Of a stretch of DNA of 64,000 nt, positions 1 to 14,400 are shown one piece after another. This stretch comes from Phoronis australis. Lineage: Eukaryota; Animalia; Phoronida. Position 1 is the first letter of the stretch. Each line of letters opens with the position of its first letter. Location of the stretch: positions 513,362-577,361 of the forward strand of contig NMRA01000040.1 of the NCBI GenBank assembly GCA_002633005.1, read 5' to 3'. The notes beneath the pieces are model-generated. The model ran no database searches, had not been told where the DNA came from, and worked only from the letters and a program-made list of their open reading frames with translations. The position numbers and the translations under genes were made by a program.

Positions 1-2454
1 CCAACCTTTCATGTTTGTCTTAATTTAGTGATATTTTCCCGTTTTTGCTGATTGGAAGTTTTGCAACTTTTGGGCTTGCAAAACTCTTGGTTCCGCTCAC
101 TTCTCTTTTCTAGCTGGTGCACAAACCTGGCAACAGGAGCGTATGCTTGGCCAAAGACTTCAAAAATCTTGCACAAATTTTCCCATTTCATAAAGCTAGT
201 GTAGCTGGCTGCTTAAAAAAACGAGCTTGAACACACAAAGTGCCCGTTTCCACACCATACACGCCATTTGCATGCAATTGCAGTGTGCCAATAGACAGCG
301 CATTCCCTCTGACATAAGTTCCAGGTTCTTAAAATTGGTGAATAGGAGGTGTCCAATGGTTCGATTGTTTTTACGAATCTGGAATGTGAGGAGTACCTGA
401 ATTTCTTGTAGAATTTCAAATGTCAAGCTTGCAAGCAGTGAAGGTTTAAGAAAACCAGTGACAGTTAAAAATGGTTCAAAGGGCCTGCAAATTGAACTTT
501 TTCATTGGGAATAGAGTAAAAAAATCAAACGAATCATGTTTGTATTCTTCACATGTCGTAAAAATTGCAAAATGCCCAACCAACCTAACAGTTAACAATT
601 TCTGATATAATTGGAAGAGTTAAATTCAATGGGGTCTCAAAAAATATAAAGTGCCTACTGTATTATTTAAATATGGTCCCTGAAAAGTGAAGGCTAATGG
701 CTGATGTGTGAAATTGGTTTTAGAAAGTTGCATTTTGGAAAGTGTAGAACTTAAGAAACTTTTAAGTTCGGATTACACCACAGGTTGTTTTTTGCAATAA
801 TGACTTGTTTAATGTTAAGTATTTGTGTCTTTATCATTTAACACTGAAAACATTATCATTTCATTTTTTTGAAATAACAGTTGTGACTTGGCAAGAGTCA
901 TGTTTTGGCTTTTTCTGTGGTTATTATTTAAAATTCAAATCGTAGCTATTTAAAAGGCACTTTGATCAAAATCTGCTTTCTTGATTGGTCAGTGCTACAG
1001 GACGTGGTTGTATTTCCAGCCAAGATAGGTTATGCAACGCGTGCGCTGCACGAGACTTTTGAAAACATATAATGTGTGTATGTGTGATATTGATTCTGAA
1101 CATTCTTAAAACTAACCACTTACTCACGTGAGCAAATGATTTTTGTTTGAAACATATAACATTAAAAGGAACCATAATGCATTTTCACATGGCAATGATT
1201 CTGCATTCAAATAGCTGTTCAGCCCTCGACAGTCTGAAAATTACCAGGTCATCATTCGTGACCAGACCAAAGTCTCAACTCTGAAATCCACAATCCAGCT
1301 AACTCACGTAATGCAATCTTGATGACAGAAGTGCTGTCGGGGTGATTTCCAGTGTTGCAGCACCCTTTTATCCATTTGACTAAAAATGCTGTAAGGGCGT
1401 TTTCAGGCAATATGACTCAGCTCGCAAAATTGGAGTGCCAAAGTGGAACTAATGCGAGTTGGCCAAAATCCCAGCTCTCATGTCCAAATTTCAGGAGCAG
1501 CTCGTCATACCCAGCCCTGCTATTTAGTCAGTTAATAATCTAATATGCAACTATTTGCACTCATAAACAGCCGCTCCATGCACTCGACACAAACCCTCTC
1601 AGGAAGAGGGTAACTAGAAGCATCAGAATGTTAACCTAAGCTGTGATTCACAATTTCAAGGAATCTTCCCTTATGGAACGAAATGGTGATAGTAATTTTT
1701 CAACCTCGCCAACCAATCACTGCCTTATGCCAACATGTGTTAACATCCATCTTTCTGTAGTGTGATTTTGCATGGTCTAGTGTAGCTTAACTTTCAAAAA
1801 AAAACAATCATTACGGAACGCGCTCTGTGAAGCTTTTCAGTATTTTGTTGCTATTGCATGTACCGATGTTAAAGTCTAAGAATCCATATTTATTAATGTG
1901 CAGCCATTTTTGTACCTATGATGACTTTTTTAATCCAAGAAGTCTTGAATGATTAATTTTTCTATTGCGACAACTGTGATATCTGTCTGTATTTAGTAAG
2001 CCGCTGTTGAATAGTGAGCATTTATAGACCCATTCTTTTTTGTTAGTTTTTTGAATCGTGAAAATCTATTGCGTGTAATAGTGCTGCTAAAAAATCTACA
2101 GACACGCGTGAACAGGGCTTATCATGAACAATGGAGAACAAAGAATCATACAGCAGTCGTCGGCCAACAAGAAATCTATGCATCACTGTCGGGTCTGATG
2201 AACTATAAAAAACTGTTGTCTTCTATTTTATCATTTCGAATTTACCATTGTGATATGTAGTGCCATTGAAGACGGATGACAAGGCATTACTTGTCTTGAA
2301 GTAGTACGGTGAAATCTTGCCAAATTTCGAACAAAATTAGTGGGTAAAATTCCCCACTTTGATTTTTCAAGGGCTGCTAACTTTGTTGTAAATGCCCAAA
2401 ATTTCTCAAAGCTTTGCCAAATGGTAGCTGAAGCAGAGGATTTTTTTACGGGTA

Positions 2455-2545
2455 AGCATTAATTTGGTGCTACGTATCTTTCATGGAAATATGAGAAAAT
2501 AAAATTTCTCTCGTCAGCCATATTGTGTACTAAATTGGTGATAAT
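2455..2545 (+). repeat. Copy of a dispersed interspersed repeat family (others at ~5340-5410 +, ~19235-19265 +, ~22135-22225 +, ~22940-23035 -)
   Basis: Shared pattern cattaatttggtgctac.tatctttcatggaaa...aaatttc...ccatattgtgt.ctaaattgg across copies. Confidence 0.7.
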
Positions 2546-5500
2546 TGTACTGAGAGTGGTGTGTCCATGGGCACATTAAGAACAAAGTCAACAAATGTCA
2601 TTACGCCTGCAGTAAGTATAGTGGATGGCAGGACTCCCTGGTTGGATAGCAGGTGACCCCCACCTTAATACGGTGACCTCTCTTCCTGTGGCCGTCCCAC
2701 TTTTGAGTGCATTTCATTCGTATTATGGCTGCGTCTACAGTAGTTAAAGGCCAAGTAAGGTTGTTTTTCACATTTGGCAAATGTCACCGTGGCTTGCCCC
2801 AGGTCTACGTACACTTGTGCTGACAGATAATGCCCTGGGGAGTCTGCAAGTTTTTTTTTTACTGGTGATCAATGTTCACTTCACCAAAGTTTGAACTTTT
2901 CAGGTAGGTTTGCCAGCCACTATCCTGTTTAGTTTATAGACTTGCATGAAAATCGCAACACTGTCTGCCATAGAAAGTTCAGAATGTACAGCGTATGATG
3001 AGAACCTTTCACTTTGGACTGCCCAAGTGACCGCACTGTGAATTAGAGGTGGATGATAATTGTGGGCTTTCTTCAATGTCGGCATAAATAATTATTAAAA
3101 TTCTGATTTTCTGCAGTTTCCGTGAACTTATCATTATTAAAATACTCAAAATTTTTCAATTGTCTGTGGTCAGCTGACCAATTTGATGGCTTGATGGCGG
3201 CAAAGAATTTATTAAAAAAATGCCGGAAAGTATCCCAGTGCACTAAGTCAGTACTAGAACCCAGAACGCTGTCTACCCACAACACTATCGCCATCTAGGG
3301 ACAAGACATATTCCATCATGTTGCCACTGTGTTGGGAAATGGCTATTGTCAAATGCGGGGTGTTATAATTGTCAATTTTGCCCTGGCCTTGCCATTGAAA
3401 ATTTGAAATACCACCCAAATGTAATTTTGTCAGCACTATTACTGTGGTGATTGTCCGAGATGATTGCTTTTGTATCAACAGCATAAATGTGACCCTAATG
3501 CAGGCAATGCATGTGTGTTGTGCATAATCCTTACAAACATGTTCTGTATACAAATGCAATACAGTTAGCAAAAATATGCAACACCTTAAAGTACACATGA
3601 GAACTAAAAGGTACCTAATGTTCAGCCATGAAGATTTGAAACGAGCAAATATTCAGATATAATCCATCTTTTGGTGAGGATTTTTAGCATTAAGGATATT
3701 ATCAGAATTTATTTTCAAAGGGAAAATGTACAGTAACAATAAGCTTTTGGAGTTTTCTTGATTTTGTAAACAATGTTGAAAATAATCTTTCTGTAACCGA
3801 ATACCAACTTATCTTCAAGTATGAGTTTTTTTGAATGCCAATAATTGTGGCAACGCTTTACTAGTTACCATTTTTGTTTTCTGGTATCGAAGAGTTTCTT
3901 CAATGCTATTTACAAGCCACAATTGGTTTTTGCCATATCAAAGTAGCTTTCCGACCTGTTTTGGCCTAATGCCCTCCTCTAGTTTTAATGATCGAGGCTT
4001 TCTTAAAGTGCTAATATTTTTGGGAACTCCAATCTCCTCTCTCAACAGTACTCGCTAACAAAACTTACACAACTCGCTCACCTTGTGAACTGTCGCAAAC
4101 CGTGCCGCATTTGGACGGGAAGATACCTGCTTTAGTGAAGTGAAAGGAACCCCTTCGACTCGTACACATTTTTATTCTGCCTCCCATATTTGTGCATAAA
4201 AAATGGTGACGGGATTCAAGTCAAATGTTTTGGCAATCTCCCATTCTTGACTTCTTAAGAATTCCATTGTTAAACATCCCCGGTTTTTTAATTACCCAAT
4301 TTAAGCGCACTGGGTGTGACGGTGTGAGCCCAGAGGAGTAGAATAATTATTATTCATAAGTCTGTATTGCCATTTAATAACATCAGCTGGTTTCACCATT
4401 CTTGGAAGCTATTTCCCTCTTGGTGGGAGTGTTAGTCATTGGGAAACCAATACACATGTCAAACCCTGTTTAACATATTGACAACCACTTAAATCTCGAA
4501 ACAAAATAATTCTCTGTAGCTCTCGTCAATCCTTGAAAAGTTTAAAGAGCAGGTTTGAAAATTCTTCACAAAGTTTTAGTATACTAAATCGGCAACGTTT
4601 TCCAGCAGTTTAGGAAACTTAAGTCGATGGCTGCATGGATAGGCCATTCACTTCAGAATCTGCTTTTTTGTCGCAAATTTGAAATATGTACAACCTCAAC
4701 AGTGACAACAAATTTTTTCTTACCTTTCAGCTCAGAAGAGCTGATTTCATGGTGATGCTGGTATGAAAATCATTCCAATTCTGTTTGCATTTGAAGTGAG
4801 CGGAAACATGGTTCATGTTCACTTATTTATTTATGCAAATACGACAGACTTAATACAAATACCTTGAATTTCTACCTGCTAAAGTGGCCATGTTCTAGCT
4901 GACTTTGACATTTCAAAAGCAAACATGTTTGACAACTTGGGCAATTGAGATGGGCTCTCGGTTTGTATTCATAAAGTCATTTCCTGGATTTGCCTCTACG
5001 AAATACCTGCAGAGCAAAATTGTCACGTGAATTGTACTCTTAGTATTAAAGGCGAAATAAATATGCATCTTCTGTCAAAAAGGAAACTTGTGATTTACGC
5101 CCCTCATTGTTACAAAATTAGTCTCCTTTTGTTCTTTACTCAGATTGGAAATGATTTCTATTTTCAGGAAGAATTTTCAGACCAGGCCCATTAAATCGTT
5201 TGACACAGCGGGCGGGTTAGTGTTAGCCGCCTTTGTTGGCAGTCAGAACGGTTGTTTTTGCATTTTACAAAGGTTGATTACATGGCTGCAGATATTGGAC
5301 GTTGTTCCAAACGTTGTTTTATGACATTTACACGGTAAAACTTACTTTCATCGGAAATTTAAAAAAGAATGAAATTTCACACGACCGCCACATTGTGTAC
5401 TGAATTGTTTAAGTATTACCGTACATTGTCTAACCAGTGGTGTCGTGTTTATGGGCATAGTATCACATTCCTGTGAGGTGTGGTTTTACTTGTTTTACAA

Positions 5501-8500
5501 GTACAACTACACCGGATTTCACAAGGAGTCGGAAGCGCGAGGGCGCGTCGATATTTACCGTTGTTATATATAGCCGGCGACATTCATCAGTATTGATCTG
5601 GGGTGCCATCAACATTTATTAACTTTAATCCGAACGTGAGCTACCTGGCGAACACGCCCACACGTGTACTTCAACGATTTCAAATCATACCCTTATTACC
5701 AGTAGTTATATGGTTGCGTTGTTACAAGGTAAATAGTTCGCTGCTAAATAGCGACGGTGTTAGCTGCGGAAACAATAGCGGGGCTATCTGTTTGAATCTC
5801 TGACGTGGAGGATATTGGAATTTTAATCTGCATTTAGTGGTGTTTAGACACCGACATTGCTTTAGATGGAGCAGACACTAATTGTCAAACCAACATCCAA
5901 CGATACTTATGTCACGTTAAAACTAAAAATCTCCTACGGTACTTCAATTTCTAAAGAATAAATTAAGTTGCAACATCGAGTCATAGGTGGGCCTCGCTTT
6001 TTATTTACTTGAACTTAAAATTGAAAATAAGAAACACACACAAACAGTTTTGCAAGTGGTGATCCTATTTTAGTGGCATATTCCAATTAGTGAGAGTCGT
6101 TCCCCGATACAAACTGGTGAAGATCAAAGAATGGGCCACCATCTACACCGTAGTTGGGTTGCAGTTCCCAAGACTTTCTTAGCAACAGTTGCATAATTAG
6201 TTTACTTCCAATGTAGCTTGCAAGCATCACATATTAACCAAAACTTCTGTCAGCTAATCTTGGACAATGGAATATCTACAAATGCAATTCTGAGATCTCC
6301 TAGTCTACCATTTTTGCACTTACTGAAAACAAACTCTTACCTCTCTTGATTGATAGCAGTCTACATCTTCACACCGGCTGGTTCCGCTTAAAAAACCAGG
6401 CGTGACCAGAGGTCCCAAGTGGAGTAACAATGGGTTGACTTTAGTGTAGTAGGTCGGTGTTTTTTTTGTCAACAATGATCGGTGATTCCTAACCACAAGT
6501 TGGTCTCACCAACAAAACCAGTCCATAATCAACAATTGTTAAATCGGCTTATCATAACAAACCATTTAATTACTTGTTTGTTTGTGTCGTTAATCGAGCC
6601 TTTATCATACTCAGACATCAGACCGTGGGTTCCCCAAGTCCACTGTTGGTTCTTAAAGTGTGTGCACTATGAGCGAAAATTGATTTTATTAAAATGTTTT
6701 TAGCATGTGGTGTTTTCATTTCCAATAAACTCTCAAACGGGGTTTGTGGTGATGTATCTTTGGTTCAATTTGCAGCTTAAGACATCCGGAAAGCTGTGTT
6801 GACGTTGTTTTAAGTTTCAAGTAATAGTAATGAATGTGATCCCCTTGAACTAAGTTGAATCTGGAATTGCAGTAGAACAAATTAAAAATTTACAGTGAAA
6901 ACACTACATTTATTATTGTCCATTATTTGCTAAGAGTACGTTAGCAAATAAAACGTACATGTACTTAGATCAAATAGCTGTTGAAATCGATTCTGTTGAA
7001 AAATGCTCACTCGCTGGAATAAAAGCCGCCACTGTCTGTTCTTATTTGACACAGCGGAGATATGACGTTGCGGTAAACGATGCCATCGCATGCCAGTTGT
7101 CCACTTCACGATCTCACTCCCACACTGTATGAATTGGCAACAAATCAATTGGGAAGGACAAACAGCGGGAAATTAGTATTAATAGTCCAACAATCTAGTT
7201 CAAGTGCGGCCTAAGTGGAAATTTGCATGGATTATAACTTAACTCGTGGGTGGGGATGAAGTAATTGCCGACGAACTCGAGCCGTTCGATAGTGCCTGGT
7301 ATTAGCTCAGGCTACCGAGAAGTGGATTGACGCGAGATGACTACTTCAGCACAGAGTTTTCCGTCTAGACTTGTTACAAGATTATAGGTTACTTTTGTAA
7401 GTGCCAATGATTAATAGTCCTACACCACTGGTTTGATCTTCAAGTAGAAACACCCATTGATGAAGTGAGCATACTCTGCATGTTGTTAAATGGATATAAA
7501 ATCCTTAAGTTGCCATCAATTAAAATTGTTTATATTGCGTGAAATTAAGACACTTTCCGCCATTTTGCATATCTCTGTGTTTAGATCAGCCAATGGCCCC
7601 GCGTTCTGTTTATTACAGTTATCTGATTGGATACTCGTGACCACCTACTTGACTGAGATAATAATGATACTGCTTGTAGTCACTTGTAAAAGTTGTGAAG
7701 TGGGAAAAAAGCATCCTAATTTGTTCACCTTTCAATGTAGTGCATATGCCTACGAAGATGAGGCCCCTCTTCAGTTTTTGCCACTAATTAACAAAGTATA
7801 ATCCTTTCAAGTGCCTTTGATGTTTAATTTCAATGGGTAAGCTTACCAAGTCAACAGTCACTTCACTACGTAATCCAATTTCATTGTCTAAGCTGCCAGA
7901 CCGTTAATTCAGCCAACCTGTTTTCTTTCTGGGACTTATTTACCAATAACGTAGGATTACTCAGCTAGAAATCTCTTTTTCAAATAGTCTTTGGAGCCGT
8001 CAGCCAATTCTATGTCTACAAAATGCCATTTACGACATGAATTGTTTGATCCGCCCTGCACACACAATTCACAAATATTGTTATAAGCCTGTTTGTCTCT
8101 TCTCAGTTGACCTGATTTCACCTGTTGTATATGACCTAACAGATGCATTGTCTTTATGCCAGTCTAAACATTAACCAGTTAACGACCATATGGGTGATCA
8201 GTTGTATGTTGCTCACAAAAATATTGTTTATGCTTCACTTACTTAGCGTGCAATGTTGAGGAAACATGAAATTTTATGAAATTTCGAGAGCCCCATGCAG
8301 TACTAATTAGGTCAAGTCGAAATCACAAGCTTCAAACGTAAATTGATTATGTTAGTGACAGCAACCCTTTGAATCTATTGATGGTCTATTCTTTTATCGT
8401 GTGTAATCGCTAAGTCGAGGTTTGAAAATCTAAAACGAAGGGTTCCAACCCGAACCAGGAACCAAAACCATGGTTTTCTAAGACGGAGATATACAGGGCT

Positions 8501-9398
8501 TGAATGAAAATGAACATTAATTTTTAACATATTTATTAACGTAGTTTGTACTGTCTGTGCTGGTGTCAAAAAACCACACTCAGTGACACTTCCAGGAATA
8601 TGTTAACACTGGGTAGGACGCTAGAAAAATGTCCAAATTTGGATAACTTTGGAACGTCTTATCTGAGAAACAGGTGATTTGATTCATATGAGACTTTGGA
8701 ATACTATGGTTTATGCATTGTCCTCCAAAAAAGTTGTTGGGAATTGTTCTTAATATGTTCCACTTTTGCATGAGGGATTATTAAAAATGTGACTTTTATG
8801 ATTTCCTGGAAAAACGAAACTGAAACATTGTTTTTGAGGTATCACCTTGTATACTGATATCAAATTAAAATTTTATCATGTTAGTAATACTATTGTTTTG
8901 CTGTCATTGTACCTTTCCTTTTTCTGCTAAGTTTTACTGAAGAGACATGGTCGTGTGACGCAATTAATAACAGATTGGTAAAAAGTCAAAAATCAAATTC
9001 TACAAGCTTCCTACGTTTAGAAAATATGTCCTTTTACTGAGTTAAAATCTGTAGTTTTGTAGATATTTGTCTAAATTCCGAAGACCTGTCAGTATGGTTC
9101 TACATAACCTTGATCAATCTTTTCCTTTGGAAAACAGGTGATAAACAAATTTTCATAATAGGTTGAGAAGACTTACAGTGTAAGTACACTTATTATCGAC
9201 CTTACATCCACATATGTCAGGTTGTTTTGTTGTTGTTTGACTGACAAGACAGACTTGTTATGTATGAGGAGTTGTTTTGTCTATGTCATTTTGTCCTATT
9301 GTCTGAGAAACAGGAAGGGTTAATTAGACTCTTCCCAGGAAGTGTATAGCCATAAAATATGATAAGTTGTGTGACATCACTTTTGAACGTCACCAGCT

Positions 9399-9452
9399 TT
9401 ACCTTGTTTTCTGAGTGACAAACGATTACCTTGTTCTCTGAGTGACAAATGA
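9399..9452. repeat. 27-bp tandem duplication
   Basis: ttaccttgtt(t/c)tctgagtgacaaa(c/t)ga, two copies. Confidence 0.8.
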
Positions 9453-10756
9453 CCGCTGTCATATCCGTGGTCTTGGTCTTTATTTGTCATGTGCTTACGG
9501 TATGGTAAAAACTGTTTGCTGACGTCAAATCAGTGATTCTGTGAACGAGGCATTCAGTTTTGAATATGTCCTGTAAAACCCCGTCTCAGAGAATTCTGTA
9601 ATTAAAGCTTGATTGTCATGTACAGTTAGTTGTTTAGGGCTTGTAGGGTAGTTAGTTTTTTGTCATTAGTGGTCACTGTCAGTACCATCCAGAGAGGTGA
9701 AGTGCTGTACAGAAAAGAGCTTGCTATGAAAGGAGTAGGGGGAGGGATCTGTTGAATTAAACAGCGTTAGGTCTTTAGATCTAATACATTTGCTATGGGA
9801 CAGTTTCCACCCCCCCCCCCGCAAAAGTGCATGTGTACGTTTACACCCTTCTTTATCCCTTCAGTAACAAGCTTGTCACTAATTTGTGGTCTACCCTGAG
9901 ACAATGGAGTCAAAAAAACTTAAAAGACTTTGACATCTGGATAAGAAATGACAAACGACTTAAGATAAAGGCCATTGTTCAGCCCAGAACAAGATTTCCA
10001 TTGGCCAAGATATGTGATAACCTGAATGGGGTGATGGTTTAGAGGTGCCACTCTGAGATAAATTGTTGTTAAAGGTCCTTAGAGGAGGGAAATCGTCCTT
10101 GAAAGGTGTTGATATTCTCAGCTGAGTAGTGCTTTGATTGGGAAGTTTACCTGTGGACGGGATATCCTGTTTGGTTCAGGAACAATGATAGAGAGTGATA
10201 AAAATAGAGTCCATTCAGCTACAGAACTGATTCATTGTTTGTAGCTGGGATCTTATCTGCCAAATGTCGGGGACACTTCAGATTTTCCTAGCAATATTCA
10301 CACCTGAACTTTTTGTCACTTGTACGCGAATAAATTATCTATTACATTGTTATTAATGCGTTTTGGTCGCTTTTTAAGTTATTCTGTTCAATACTCAGTA
10401 GCTGGAAATGCAATTTCTGCGGTCTCCTTAACTTGAACAAGTGAAGTAACGTTGTCTTTTGTACTTCCTCTGTTGTAAAGATGCGCTCAGTTTTGGGCAT
10501 GAAAGGGAATGAATGAATGAGATGCTTGACTTTTGCAAAGCAACAATCATAGTAGAGTCTTTTTATCATGTTTCAGTAAATAATTCAGTCAAACTAAAAT
10601 CCAGAACTGTTTTATTTGAAGTTTACACTAATTGAAGACGAATAAATCAATCCTTACTTCATTCAAGGAAAGTATAGGATATTTGTGATGTTCTCTGGTT
10701 TACATTAATCATTGATGCGAAACTCAAACCCCTTTTTCTGAAAGTTCAGCCTCCCG

Positions 10757-10880
10757 TTCAGTAACACTAGGACCTCGCTAAAAAGCAAGACTTCGTGAGA
10801 TTACGTGATATATTGCTGTGTATTTTAAATGGGATCACGTGACTTTGGCTAGATTTTAGCTAGGACCTAGCGTTACTGAA
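10757..10880. mobile_element. Short palindromic MITE-like element
   Basis: Left arm ttcagtaacactaggacctcgctaaaa against reverse complement of right arm ttcagtaacgctaggtcctagctaaaa: 24/27 identical. Confidence 0.65.
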
Positions 10881-10938
10881 TGCACGCCAGGTTTGTCGTA
10901 ACTTTGTTGATTGAAAAGTTTGTGGTTATTTTTTTCAG

Positions 10939-11083
10939 GCTGAGAAACCGGAAGCGTGCAAAGTGGCAGTGCTTGGTCGACGAGAGAAGAGATTTTTGGA
11001 CTTTGCCTCCGTCGAGTTCAATGGCAAGATCTATATGACCCCTCAAGACTTCTTAGAGTCTGTAACAGAGGAAACCCCACGGC
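10939..11083 (+). CDS. MICU3: MICU2/3-family internal coding exon (N-terminal domain), phase 0 to 1
   Basis: Acceptor tttttttcag, donor C/gtaagg, 145 nt. Translates AEKPEACKVAVLGRREKRFLDFASVEFNGKIYMTPQDFLESVTEETPR, carrying the MICU2/3 motif RExRFxxFASVExxGxxYMTPxDFLxSV. Confidence 0.95.
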
Positions 11084-11174
11084 GTAAGGATACACATTTT
11101 TGCATTTTAAAGTAATTAAAACTGCTATGAGCCAGTCTTCCATCACGAACATGAACATTTGCTTTAGACCACTT

Positions 11175-11411
11175 ACGGTCATGAAATTGGTCTCAAATTG
11201 GTCCTTAGTGAAATAAAAAAGGATTTGAAGGTTTGGAAGGAACTGACGGTTTGCTATTGGACGAGACTAGGCTTTAAGTTGGATTGTCACGGCGTGTCAT
11301 TTTACGTGCCCAGCATGGTCTCGGTGAATAACGAACTGTCGGGTCTTTGCAAAAAGAGAAATAATTTATCATCCGAGCACGCGGAAGTTGAGACCAATTT
11401 TAAGTCACGTC
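11175..11411. mobile_element. MITE-like element with imperfect terminal inverted repeats
   Basis: aaattggtctcaa ... ttgagaccaattt, a 13-bp perfect inverted core that extends imperfectly and encloses about 200 bp of CpG-richer sequence. Confidence 0.45.
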
Positions 11412-14400
11412 AATAAGAAGTTCATTTCTTGGAAGAAACACAGGATTGTAGCCGCTTTAAAGTGGACCTTGTACGCTAATTTTTTATCTCTGTGACTGCT
11501 TGGTCAAAGTAGTTAGAAACACAACATATAAGAGACAGTGTGAATATGAAGTTGGTTGAAAATTGCCAACGTTTTCAAAACCGAGTTTTGAGTAAAAAAT
11601 GACGTAAATCACTCAACCGTATCCACTAGTGCTGGGGAATTACACTGCATGACGCAGGCTACGTGAGCTGTCAAGGTACGTCATTAGTGCAAAGATCACC
11701 TATTTGCAGAATTTTTTGTTTTCATATTTACAAGTCGTTTTGAATACAACTGCACTTTATTTAGCATAGACAATGTTCAAATAGCGTTGTCGTTTAGTTC
11801 TTGCTATATATTATCATAGGAGCCTGAGCTATTGATATTCGTAAAAGCATTGTTGTCATAATTTTTATGTAGTTATAACACATTGCACATTGATGATAAT
11901 CCTATCCTTAGGGTCAAAAACTGTGAAACAAATGAAACTGATCTAGTTTGATTGCTGCAGCAGTGTTGGTCAAAAGTCATTTGTTTCAGTTCTACATTTA
12001 AGTTGGTTGGTTATGTGTCTGTAAGACCTTGTGATCAATAATGATGAAAGAGGGTTGATGAAATATTCACAGGCTCATTCAGAAAGTGGACTGCACTTCA
12101 ACTAAACTTTTCAAAAGATTTATTCATATCTGAATTATATGAAAAGATTTATTCGTTGTCGTACCATGTTAAGTTATCACCCAGCTGGAAACTTTATTTT
12201 TATGTTTAAGCTCAATTAACTGATTGAATCTGTTTGGACAGTTCAAAAAGACCACAGAAAAGGACATACGAATACAGTTAAGGCCCAAAAAACGTCAATT
12301 GGTTCTTCATCTGAGGTTTTTATGAAAATTGAGTCGACGCTGTGGTATTTTTTAGTAGCTCACAGCTTCAAAAACTTTCTCATGAAACGAGCAATTATGA
12401 TGCGGGATTAGTTTTTGTTTTTTACTCACCCCATTATAAATACTGATGCTTGAAACCTTTCTTACCCTTGTATATACATGTGTCTGTGTGCAGATTTTCA
12501 AAAAACACTTGACCTTGGCTGAAATTGATCCAGGCGGGCATTTTTGGCCGGTGACGCAGGTATCAAAATGAGTCGGGGTAAAGACCTGTAGAACTGAATG
12601 CTTTTTGACCTAATTGCATTTTCACCTCTGGGTTCTGTCAGTGACTTCAGAACTAACTTCAAACCTCATCCATTGGAGGAGTGAATGTGAAGCAGATGAT
12701 GCAGGCTATCGTCTGCTCTATCAGCCAGACCAATCAGGTCTTTATGGCACCTTAATGAGTCATCAACAGCTCGTTTCCACTAGGGTGGTGTTGTTGCGAT
12801 GACTTTCTAATCACCAGTGATGACACAACCCTGCACTGCTCGGCCATTGTCTCAATTCATCACTGACTGAGCCCAGCACTTGTCAGTTTATGATGAATTG
12901 GTCAAGCCTCCCCTCTGTTGTCTGTCAGCCAGGGTCATCAACCTGTCGCTCTCCAGACAAGTGGGATTTCTAGCATTCTGGGACACACGCGTCTTGCCCG
13001 GTTTGCCCCGGTGCTCCCCGAAGTCATGTTCACTTGGTGTTACTTTGCTCGCGGCTCAGTGCACACCTGTTCTGTCGATCGATCTGGACGTCAGATCTCA
13101 GCTAAAGGATTCTTAACTGGTGCATATAAACACTACAGACTTGAGCTTTGTTGGTGTTGACGGCTGGTTGAGACAAGGAAAATTTTGAGACTGTTTTGTG
13201 GAACACTATTGCATGATGAGTAACATCGGCTGTTTTATTGTTGTGACTTTAGTCAATATGAACTAGTGTTGGGATTTGCAAAATTTTCAGTGTCACATGT
13301 TAATTAGAGACTGGCGGCGTAATCACGGATTCCTGGAAGTTTTTTTACTTCAGGCACTCCAAAGTTTTGAATTTCAACACCTGTTCTATAAAATCAGTAT
13401 CAGCTTATCTATCACCAATTTCATATGATTTTGTTCTTCCAAGAAATTGGTAATAAGCGAAGTTTCACAGCTTTTGGCTGACTGCCTGCTCAACACAGAC
13501 TTTTTAAAACAGAACATTCACGTGGTGTCTTTTCCAACAAACTCATTTTCACAAAGACCCATGCACCGCCTTAGACCTAATTCCATCGCTCCAAAAGTTC
13601 TCACCAGGTAGACCATTTTGGTGTTCTATATTTACTTATACCTGCTGTGTGTCCAGTTGTCACTGGACACTTCCTGAATGAATGCACCAGTATCACCTCG
13701 CCCATTATCTGGGACCTGGATGCAACTGAAAGCCCAGTGTAATTGACACACTACTGCCCGAGGACTTGGCCAACTATTGAGAGGATCTTGAGTGTGAAAC
13801 CCTAATTCGTGTCTAATTAGGAGCTAAACTGACCAGAATAAGCTAATAAATCCCTACTCACTAACTCGCCATTGATTCATAGGCAGCTTAGCTTTTCCAG
13901 TGTAGGATTGCGGTCAGTGTATAGCAGGCGTAACCCTGGTGAGGCGCACCAAGAAACTGCACCAAGGACCTGCCTGTCGTGACCACCTATCTTGTTAAAT
14001 ACCATTTCAAGATTCCCCTGCGGTTGAACAACCCCTTTATCAACCCTCTTTGGCCACCAGCAGTTAAGCCACAGCCTGCGTATTTTGTTAGTTGGTCTAA
14101 ATGTGCTTGAAAAAATGTTTTTTCAGAGTACATTTTTCATGGATCAGAATTACTTTTGTGTGTTGTCTTTTGACCATGCCTGTAGTGTCAAGAGGTCAAG
14201 CCTGCTCAATTGTGCCTACTAGTCACGCACTTGCTGCTTTTTCTATAAATCTGGTTTTCCTTTATGTTATAACTGAGAACTAATTAATATTAGTTAGAAA
14301 TTTTTCTTCATTGCACCGGCGCGCAGCTTACCCATTGGTACAGTTTGCGTTGATACAAACCCTGATCAAGTAACAGATTCACTATGAATTACCTAGATTT

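Noticed and set aside
5151-5324. Short ORF MISIFRKNFQTRPIKSF… as the mitochondrial presequence exon
   Set aside because: I found no good phase-0 donor compatible with the exon at 10939, and its 3' end runs into a dispersed repeat copy.
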